From positions 672,001 through 736,000 of the forward strand of contig CBDCRW010000005.1 in NCBI GenBank assembly GCA_965221125.1: a stretch of DNA of 64,000 bases, in the 5' to 3' direction. The DNA is from Alphaproteobacteria bacterium (GTDB lineage: Bacteria; Pseudomonadota; Alphaproteobacteria; UBA828). The translations under genes and the position numbers were made by a program. The notes beneath the pieces were generated by a model. That model was not told the origin of the DNA, searched no databases, and saw only the letters and a program-made list of their open reading frames with translations. The number at the start of each line of letters is the position of its first letter. The first letter of the stretch is position 1. This document shows positions 56,786 through 64,000 of the stretch, one piece after another.

Positions 56786-58501
56786 ATGCCGAAGGCCACG
56801 CCCTCACCCCTCAGCAGCGCCGGTTCGCCGTCGCCTGGGGTGGTTTCTGCGGCGCTGGCAGCCTTGCAGGCGGAGCTTGCCGACGAGCGCGCGGCGCGCC
56901 GTGCGACCGAAGCGGCCCTGTGCGAAGCAGAGCAGGCACGCAGCACGGCGGAGGCGGCGAGGCAAACGGCGGAAGCGCGGGCGGCACGGCTGGAGGCCGA
57001 GAACGCGTACAGCGCGGAGCAGATCAGCCGGCTTGAGCATCTCAACAAGGAGCTCAGGAAGGCGCTGTTCGGTCCGCGCTCCGAGAAGCTCAACGAGGAC
57101 GAGCGCCAGCTTACGTTCGAGGAGTTTTGGGCGGCGATCGCCGAAGCAGGCGGCCGACCCGAGGCAGATGACCAGGAGCAGGACGAGGAGGCCGGCAGCA
57201 AGCGTCGGCGGCGCTCTTCCCGGGGATCGCGCAGCGGGGTGCGCTTCGGGCCTCAGGTCGACCGGCGCGAGGAGGTGATCGAGCCGGACACGATCATGTG
57301 CCCGTGTGGCTGCGGCGAGATGACGAAGATCGGCGAAGATCGCAGCGAGCGGCTGGACTATGAGCCGGCGAAGTTCACCGTCATCGAGACCGTGCGTCCT
57401 CGCTACGCTTGCAACAAGTGCAAGGGCGGCGGTGTGGTGCAGTCGCCGGCGCCCGCCGCTCTGGTGGAGGGCGGCCTTCCCACCGAGGCTCTTCTTGCGC
57501 ACGTGCTGATCGCGAAGTACGGCGACCACCTTCCGCTATATCGTCAGTCGCAGATTTACGAGCGCTCGGGGATCGAGATTCACCGCGCGACGCTGGCGAC
57601 GTGGGTGGGGCAGGCAGCGTTTCACCTGCGCCCCGTGGTCGACTGCCTGAAGGATGAGCTGAAGACGTCGAGCCACCTGGGTCTGGACGAGACCACGATC
57701 CGCGTTCTCGACCCGGGCCGGGGCAAGACGAAGACGGGCTACATGTGGACCCTTGTGCGCGACGAGCGTCACTGGAGTGGCGCGGACCCGCCGGGCGTGG
57801 TCTATCGCTATGAGCCCGGTCGCGGCGGCAAGTATGGCGCCAGGCTGTTGAAGGGCTTTTCGGGGACGGTGCAACTCGACGCCTACTCGGGCCACAAGAT
57901 CCTGGCGCGGCCGGATCGACCCGGCGGCCCTGTGACGCGGGCACTGTGTTGGGGGCACGCCAGGCGCAAGCTGAAGGAGGTGTACGACTCGAGCGCCTCG
58001 CCGATCGCGCTGACCGGTCTCATGCAGATCGCCAAGCTCTATGCGATCGAGGAGAAGATCCGGGGCGAGCCGCCGGCGACGCGCCAGGCGATCCGCTGGG
58101 AGGAGTCGGCGCCGGTCGTGAACGCCTTCGGTGTCTGGCTCGACGAGCAGCGCTCGAAGGTCTCACCGCGCTCCCGTCTCGGCGAGAAGCTCGCCTATAT
58201 CGCCAACCAGTGGGACGGGCTGCTGGAGTTCCTGCACGACGGCCGCGTCGAGATCGACTCGAACCTGGTGGAAAACCGAATCCGCCCGCTGAAGCTCACC
58301 GCCAAGAATGCGCTCTTCGCCGGCAACGATGAAGGTGCGCAGGCCTGGGCCCGCATCGCATCGCTGATCGAGACCTGCAAGATGAATGGCGTCGAGCCTT
58401 ACGCCTGGATGCGAAGCACGCTCGAAAAGATCGCCAAGGGTCACCCGCAGTCCAAAATCGAGGAACTGCTGCCGTGGAACTTCGAGCCCGAGACAAATTG
58501 A
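56786..58501 (+). CDS. tnpC: IS66 transposase TnpC
   Basis: LFGPRSEK, CPCGCG, KYGDHLPLYRQ, LDETT, DAYSG, CWGHARRK, IDSNLVENRIRP, LLPWN. Confidence 0.95.
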   Translation: MPKATPSPLSSAGSPSPGVVSAALAALQAELADERAARRATEAALCEAEQARSTAEAARQTAEARAARLEAENAYSAEQISRLEHLNKELRKALFGPRSEKLNEDERQLTFEEFWAAIAEAGGRPEADDQEQDEEAGSKRRRRSSRGSRSGVRFGPQVDRREEVIEPDTIMCPCGCGEMTKIGEDRSERLDYEPAKFTVIETVRPRYACNKCKGGGVVQSPAPAALVEGGLPTEALLAHVLIAKYGDHLPLYRQSQIYERSGIEIHRATLATWVGQAAFHLRPVVDCLKDELKTSSHLGLDETTIRVLDPGRGKTKTGYMWTLVRDERHWSGADPPGVVYRYEPGRGGKYGARLLKGFSGTVQLDAYSGHKILARPDRPGGPVTRALCWGHARRKLKEVYDSSASPIALTGLMQIAKLYAIEEKIRGEPPATRQAIRWEESAPVVNAFGVWLDEQRSKVSPRSRLGEKLAYIANQWDGLLEFLHDGRVEIDSNLVENRIRPLKLTAKNALFAGNDEGAQAWARIASLIETCKMNGVEPYAWMRSTLEKIAKGHPQSKIEELLPWNFEPETN

Positions 58502-58927
58502 CTCGCGCGCTCACGGCGCTCCTCAATAAGTCCCCGTCGTAGTCAACCCAGATTCCAGTATGGGGTCTGCGTAACGCTTACATTGTTCCCAATGAAGCAA
58601 TGACTTGAGCGTCACGTTCGATAGACCTTCGGATATGGCGCTCCGATAGACATGGCCCTGTTCCCACATCCGCATCCCATTCCGCACCCGCATTCGGGGC
58701 AGGGCCAACTGCTGCACATTGCGTTCGGGAGCGCGTAATCGAGTCAAAATCGACGACAATGTTTCTGTCAGAGGCCCTCAAATCGTTCAACCAGCGACCC
58801 CGTTTCGGCTTCAAAGTCCCGCCAAACTCCGTTTCCGGCGCCACGCTGAACACGAATCGCCGTCGCAAGTGCGCGCCGCTTCACGGAAAATGGTGCGCGC
58901 GTCGACTCTACAGAGGGGACAGGAACC

Positions 58928-59278
58928 ATGCCCGGCACGATCAGCAAGCACATCCGCATCGACGAGGAGCTCTGGAAACGCCTCGAAGCGGCCGCCGGGG
59001 AAGAGGACATGACCGCCAACCGCCTCCTCGCCGAGCTCGCGGAGCGGTGGCTGGAGACCAGGGAGTGGCCCCAATCCGAGGTGCAGGTGCGCGTCGCGCG
59101 CGCCTCACTGTTCGCCGCGCAGGCCATTGCGCTCGACATGATCGCCGCAGGCCGCAAGACCGAGGTCGACCAAATCCTCGAGCACGTGGCTACCATCGTT
59201 CCCGACGTGGCTCCCGAACCATTGGCGGAGGAAGAGGCGGTCTCGCAGGAGCATCATCTAAGCCGGCAAGACTCGTGA
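58928..59278 (+). CDS. Small ribbon-helix-helix-like DNA-binding protein
   Basis: N-terminal SKHIRIDEELWKRLEAAA...TANRLLAELAERWL pattern; RBS AGGA. Confidence 0.65.
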   Translation: MPGTISKHIRIDEELWKRLEAAAGEEDMTANRLLAELAERWLETREWPQSEVQVRVARASLFAAQAIALDMIAAGRKTEVDQILEHVATIVPDVAPEPLAEEEAVSQEHHLSRQDS

Positions 59279-59340
59279 ACCTCGCGCGCCGTCAGCCGCC
59301 GACGGCGGGCGCGGTGCTGCCTGGCAAAAAACGAGCCCTG

Positions 59341-59374
59341 CCACTACCAGGTCGTCACCACTACCAGGTCGTCA
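59341..59374. repeat. Perfect 17-bp tandem direct repeat
   Basis: CCACTACCAGGTCGTCA x2. Confidence 0.85.
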
Positions 59375-59624
59375 TTGGGCGCAATGCGGATCATCCTATA
59401 CACTGAATGCAGGGCGGTGCGCTCGCACCGCCCTTACAATGTCTAAGAGTGAGCCGGGCGGGACTTCGGGCCCACAAGGGGGCAGCTCAAGGGTTGCTGT
59501 CCGCAAGACGGGCAGCTGGCAACGATGGGTGAGGAACAAGCTCGGAACAGAACTTTGCCAGCAAGCCCTTCCTGTACCCCCCCCTTGCATTTTAACGCGC
59601 CGGATTTCCGGTAGTGCGTCGTAG

Positions 59625-62600
59625 ATGAGTCTGCGCACTGGCTTCCGAGCAAACGGGCTAGGCGCTGGCCTGAGTATCCTGAGGTGGAGCCGCATTTTGC
59701 GGCTCGCCTGTTTTCTGGGACTGCTGACCGCCTTTATCGCCGCGCTGTGGGCGCTGACCGTTTTGGCGCAGACGCCGCCCCTCAAAGTGACCCTATCCGT
59801 CCCGGCCAACACGCAGCTCACGGAAGGCGGCGGCAATTCCGTTGTGACCGTCACGGCCAGCATCGCGTCGGGGCGCTCGGCTGACCTGATCATTGATCTC
59901 TCCCTCGGAGGCACAGCCAAGTCCAGCGACTACGAAGTCGTGGGTTCTCTTCCGGCCATCACGATCACGGCCGGTCAGACGACGGGTACGGGCGACGTGA
60001 CACTGTCGGCGATGGACGACTCATTCTTCGAGGGGCCGGAAACCCTTCGCGTCGAAGGCACCATCAGGGGGCAACCCCAGGATGAAGTAGCCAGCGTGGA
60101 CATCACCATTGCCGACAACGACAGCGCTCCGCAGTTGAACGTGACCGTCGATCCTCCAAATCGCTTGATCCAGGAGGGGGCGCGGCAGCAGTTCGATATC
60201 GTTGTTAGCCTCATCGGCGGAGGTCGCTTTGAAGAGTCCGAAACGATCACTGTGTCCTTGGCCGACGACAATCAGATTGAACCCCCCGACGAGAGAGACT
60301 TCGCTAAAGACGGACGCTACTTACCAAGCGAACCCCCTTGGAACCTGACGCTTCCGGCAGGCAGCGGTTCCGCCACGATTCGCGTGACGTTCGACTCTCG
60401 CGACGACATGAACGACAGTGAAGGCCGGGAAGAAGCAAGATTGGTTGCCGAGCTTAGTGCAGTGGGAGCGACGCTCAGCAAGCGCTTTCGGTTGTTTACG
60501 CTAACCGACCCGATAAGGTACGCAACCTTTAGCGTCCACTGTGACGAATTACCTGCCTACAGCGGAACGACAGACGCAACATGTCACGCCAGAATAAGTA
60601 ACCCGCAAGCCATTAGAAGCTACGTCGTCACTATGACGGCAGAAAAGCCTCAGCTGGTTGAACCCGATAGCGTCACATTTCCTTCGATTTCGTACCGCGC
60701 CGGCGGAAATCGGTCTGCTGACATGGACGTGGAATTCACGGTGGATGAACGGGCCGCTGGCGAGACGTTGCGCTGGAATCTCTCCGTGACGCCGGACGAC
60801 GGGATCTCCAACGCAGTCCTGAGACCGTTTGCGGTGGCTACTTGGCCCGCTGCCGATTCCGATTTCCAGATTTCGGAATATGACGCTCGCGTGGTCTCCA
60901 CAACAAGCGGCATCGCTACTCGTGGTTTCACTGTGTTTGAGATCGTGTTCTCGACTCCACGCCCGGTCACAATTGTGGGTCCGCCAAGTGTCGAGATCGT
61001 TCTCGACAGCGGGGCCGTGTCAGCGCCTTGCACAGTCCAGGGCGCGAGAATTCGCTGTATATACCGTGTCCAGGAAGGGGACTACGACTTCGATAGGACG
61101 GTCGAACTCCGTACCGGCGCCGTCAAGTTCACCGGCTGGAGGGATCGCCGCGACACGACGGTCAGCGGCGGGGTTGCATCGCCCCTGCCGGCCCAAGGCG
61201 AGAGCTATAGCGGGTTTCCACTCGTCTTCGGAGGCACTCACGCGATCGACATTGGCGTCTCGCCCCAATCCCTGCAGGAAGGTGCTGGCGAACAGCAACT
61301 GACGATCACAGCGCAGGATCTCACAGGGAAGGCTGCGGCCACGGATGTGGTGATACCCCTTTCTATTGCGGACATCACCACGAGTCCAAGCGACTACAGC
61401 GTTACTGGCACCTTGAGCGTCACAATCCCGAAGGGCAGCTCCGAGGGCAGAACGACCGGCGTGTCCATGACGGCGATCGCCGATCCCATCAGGGAGAATC
61501 GCATAGAGAAGCTGCGGATCGAGGGCACCAAGGGCGCGATGATGACGCCCTTTGTTCGTGGCGCCGAACTTTCGATCATCGACAGCGCCAGCATCGCCTT
61601 GTCAGTGTCTCCGGCGGAGGTCGCCGAGAATGGCAGCGCACGAGAGGTGATGGTGACGGCTGAATGGGGTGACCCGGCGGACAGCGTCCTTCCGAGAGAC
61701 ACGGAAGTAACCCTTTCCTGGGGCGGCACGGCCGGTCCCGGCGACTATTCCCGCACGGGCGGCGCCACCGTGACGATTCCCGCGAACGGTCGCTCCGGCA
61801 CAACCAGCGTTACGATCACGCCGACCGACGACAAGCTGCTCGAGGGCAATGAAACCGTCCATATCAGCGGAACCGCGCTGGGGCACTCGGTCTTTCCGGC
61901 TAATTTGACGATCACGGACGACGAGACGGTGCCCGCGGTAACTTTGGCGGTGGATGTCAATTCCCTGTCGGAGGGCGGCCGGGCCGAGATGGTCACGGTG
62001 AGCGCCACGCTCGATGCCGAGGTGGCGATGGCTAACGACGAGACGACTGTGACCCTGGATCTCGCCGGTACAGCCGCGCTGGGGGAGGATTACACCGCGA
62101 GTTGGTCGCCATCGTCGCGGGTGATAACCATTCCCCGGGGAGCGACGGCCGGGTCGAACACCGTCACCCTCACGCTGACGCCCACCGACGATTCCGTAAA
62201 GGAAGACGACGAGACCATCGTCGTGCAGGGCATGGCCACCACGGACATGGCCAACCGCGACCTGGTGGTGAAGGTGGCGACGATTACGCTTCTGGATGAT
62301 GACGCGCTCGGCGTCTTCTTTTCTCCCACTGCCCTGACCGTCGACGAAGGCAGCACGGCCACCTACGAGGTCTGGTTGGGAACACGGCCCAGCGACACCG
62401 TCACGGTATCGCTGTCGAGCACGGACATGTCAGTGGCGACGGTCAATTCGAATTCGCTGACCTTCGGTCCAACGACCTGGAGCACGCGGCAGCCGGTCAC
62501 GGTCAACGGGGTTGATGACGATCTCAGGAATGGGGAGGACGGCAAACGTACCGCCGAGATCCATCACACCGCCGCTGGCGGCGATTACGACGACGCGGAG

Positions 62601-64000
62601 GTGGCCACGCTGCCGGTGACGGTCAGCGACGACGAGGAGCCCGTGCGCTTTACCATCGCCGATGCATCCGCGGATGAAGGGCAGGCCATCACCTTCAACG
62701 TGACCCGTCTGGGTGCGGCGGGCGCCGCAGCCACGGTCGATTGGAGCACCGTCGACGACACGGACGGCAGTTATCCGGCGTCCGCCGGCGACTATACGGC
62801 GCAGACCACGGCGCAGACGCTGAGCTTCGCCGCGGGCGAAACCCGCAAGACAATCACGGTGCAGACGACCCAGGACACGCTCGACGAGGAGGACGAGACC
62901 TTCCTCGTGAAGCTGAGCGCGCCGAGCACGGGAACCTCCATCGGCGACGGAACGGCCACCGGGAAGATCACGGACGACGATGCGACCACGGCGCAAGTGT
63001 CGCTGGCCGCGCCCGCGGCGGTGGCGGAAGGCGCCGCCGGTGCCACGACGAAGATGACGTTCACGGTGGGGCTGTCCGCCGCCAGCGGGCGACAGGTTAA
63101 GGTGGACTACGCGGACGCGGGCAGCGGGACGGCCACGGCGGATGGCGATTATTCGTTGACCGCGGGCACGCTCACCTTTGCTCCGGGCGACACGAGCAAG
63201 ACCATCGACGTGCCGGTGAACGGCGACGACGTGGACGAAATCAGCGAGACGGTCGTTCTGCGTCTGTCGTCGCCGGTCAACGCGTCGTTTGCGGACGGGG
63301 TGGCGATGCTCGACGCCACCGGCACCATAACCGACGACGACCCGACCAAGGTGACGCTTTCCGCTCCCTCCGGCCCCATCGCCGAGAACGGAGGGAGCAA
63401 GATCCTCACCGTCACTCTGGGTCGCGCGCTGACCGGCGACGAGGCGTTTGACGTGCCATTGAAGCTCCGCGGCGTGGCGACCTTGGGCGATGATTACACA
63501 CTCGCCGCACCGACCAACACGCCTACCGGCGTCGCCTACTCGAACCTCGCGAGTGACGACCTCAAGAAGAGTCCGCCGACCGTCAGCTTCAGCGGCGTCG
63601 CCAACGCTGCAAGCAGTGCCACCCTGACGCTGACAGCGATGGCCGACGACATCGATGAGGGTACGTCCGAGCGGGTGACGGTGGCCCTCGGCACCCTTGA
63701 CGCGAACTCTGGCACGAATCTCGACGGCGGCGCGTCCGGCATGGGCACAGTGAAATTCACCATCACCGAAGATGATGGGGTCCCCCCGACGGCGACGCTC
63801 ACCGTGGACGCCGATACCGGCACCAACAACGCGCAGAACTCGCTGGCCGAGGACGGCGGCGCCAAGACGGTGCGGGTGACGGCGACGCTCGACGGCTCGA
63901 CGACCTTTACCGCCGACAAGACGGTGACCGTCGAGGTGGGCGATGCCGGCGACAGCGCCGCCGAGGGCACCGATTACGCGATGGTGGCGACGCAGACGAT
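59625..64000 (+). CDS. Giant secreted/surface protein with Calx-beta/Ig-like repeats (partial, >1450 aa, runs off the window)
   Basis: Signal peptide (...ALWALTVLA|QT) and repeated GTA...DY...T(L/I)T(F/I)..G...T(I/V)T...DD...E..ET units. The frame at the window end matches the frame of the start, and absence from the ORF track fits no stop being reached. Confidence 0.88.
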   Translation, partial: MSLRTGFRANGLGAGLSILRWSRILRLACFLGLLTAFIAALWALTVLAQTPPLKVTLSVPANTQLTEGGGNSVVTVTASIASGRSADLIIDLSLGGTAKSSDYEVVGSLPAITITAGQTTGTGDVTLSAMDDSFFEGPETLRVEGTIRGQPQDEVASVDITIADNDSAPQLNVTVDPPNRLIQEGARQQFDIVVSLIGGGRFEESETITVSLADDNQIEPPDERDFAKDGRYLPSEPPWNLTLPAGSGSATIRVTFDSRDDMNDSEGREEARLVAELSAVGATLSKRFRLFTLTDPIRYATFSVHCDELPAYSGTTDATCHARISNPQAIRSYVVTMTAEKPQLVEPDSVTFPSISYRAGGNRSADMDVEFTVDERAAGETLRWNLSVTPDDGISNAVLRPFAVATWPAADSDFQISEYDARVVSTTSGIATRGFTVFEIVFSTPRPVTIVGPPSVEIVLDSGAVSAPCTVQGARIRCIYRVQEGDYDFDRTVELRTGAVKFTGWRDRRDTTVSGGVASPLPAQGESYSGFPLVFGGTHAIDIGVSPQSLQEGAGEQQLTITAQDLTGKAAATDVVIPLSIADITTSPSDYSVTGTLSVTIPKGSSEGRTTGVSMTAIADPIRENRIEKLRIEGTKGAMMTPFVRGAELSIIDSASIALSVSPAEVAENGSAREVMVTAEWGDPADSVLPRDTEVTLSWGGTAGPGDYSRTGGATVTIPANGRSGTTSVTITPTDDKLLEGNETVHISGTALGHSVFPANLTITDDETVPAVTLAVDVNSLSEGGRAEMVTVSATLDAEVAMANDETTVTLDLAGTAALGEDYTASWSPSSRVITIPRGATAGSNTVTLTLTPTDDSVKEDDETIVVQGMATTDMANRDLVVKVATITLLDDDALGVFFSPTALTVDEGSTATYEVWLGTRPSDTVTVSLSSTDMSVATVNSNSLTFGPTTWSTRQPVTVNGVDDDLRNGEDGKRTAEIHHTAAGGDYDDAEVATLPVTVSDDEEPVRFTIADASADEGQAITFNVTRLGAAGAAATVDWSTVDDTDGSYPASAGDYTAQTTAQTLSFAAGETRKTITVQTTQDTLDEEDETFLVKLSAPSTGTSIGDGTATGKITDDDATTAQVSLAAPAAVAEGAAGATTKMTFTVGLSAASGRQVKVDYADAGSGTATADGDYSLTAGTLTFAPGDTSKTIDVPVNGDDVDEISETVVLRLSSPVNASFADGVAMLDATGTITDDDPTKVTLSAPSGPIAENGGSKILTVTLGRALTGDEAFDVPLKLRGVATLGDDYTLAAPTNTPTGVAYSNLASDDLKKSPPTVSFSGVANAASSATLTLTAMADDIDEGTSERVTVALGTLDANSGTNLDGGASGMGTVKFTITEDDGVPPTATLTVDADTGTNNAQNSLAEDGGAKTVRVTATLDGSTTFTADKTVTVEVGDAGDSAAEGTDYAMVATQT

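Larger units (their letters stand above)
55611..58581 (+). mobile_element. Complete IS66-family element (tnpA-tnpB-tnpC) with 8-bp TSD ATTGTTCC
   Basis: IRs GTAAGCGGTATCGATCCCCCATACT and (rc) GTAAGCGTTACGCAGACCCCATACT. ATTGTTCC at 55603-55610 and 58582-58589. Confidence 0.94.

Noticed and set aside
54550-58900. A gene interrupted by the IS66 at 55611
   Set aside because: Joining the flanks across the TSD gave no convincing protein in the frames I checked, so the target looks non-coding or decayed.
52495-59374. CRISPR array from the short repeats at 52495 and 59341
   Set aside because: The repeats are directly tandem with no spacers, and no cas genes are present.

Overview
High-GC bacterial DNA. 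A proteobacterial, possibly alphaproteobacterial and host-associated, origin is inferred from gene content only. The standout is a compact sterol-biosynthesis cluster at about 8.1-18.3 kb. It encodes an SdmB-like SDR, an SdmA-like Rieske oxygenase, an ERG4/ERG24-family reductase, CYP51, a single-ORF squalene epoxidase-oxidosqualene cyclase fusion with a divergent active site, a C-24 sterol methyltransferase and an EBP/EXPERA-like isomerase candidate. Together these form a near-complete route from squalene to C-24-alkylated sterols in a bacterium. The cluster lies between an IS256 (8-bp TSD) and an atypical IS66-like element carrying a DUF4338 gene (8-bp TSD). The left end of the window holds a type II R-M pair, a PotABC-like transporter and a HEPN pair. 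A catabolic block at 21.8-42.7 kb holds a triple-Rid protein, a CocE hydrolase, a sugar-type ABC transporter with a fused double permease, a biotin carboxylase/PxpB-like pair, GMC, OYE, SDRs and IlvD/Edd. An island-like right arm holds a TonB receptor, a broken IS110, HU, a triple cold-shock protein, a Zn-finger repeat protein, an ssb-toprim-DUF2493 module, a complete IS66, an RHH protein and a giant Calx-beta protein running off the window. No rRNA, tRNA or CRISPR array was seen. All family calls come from motif recognition by eye, not database searches.
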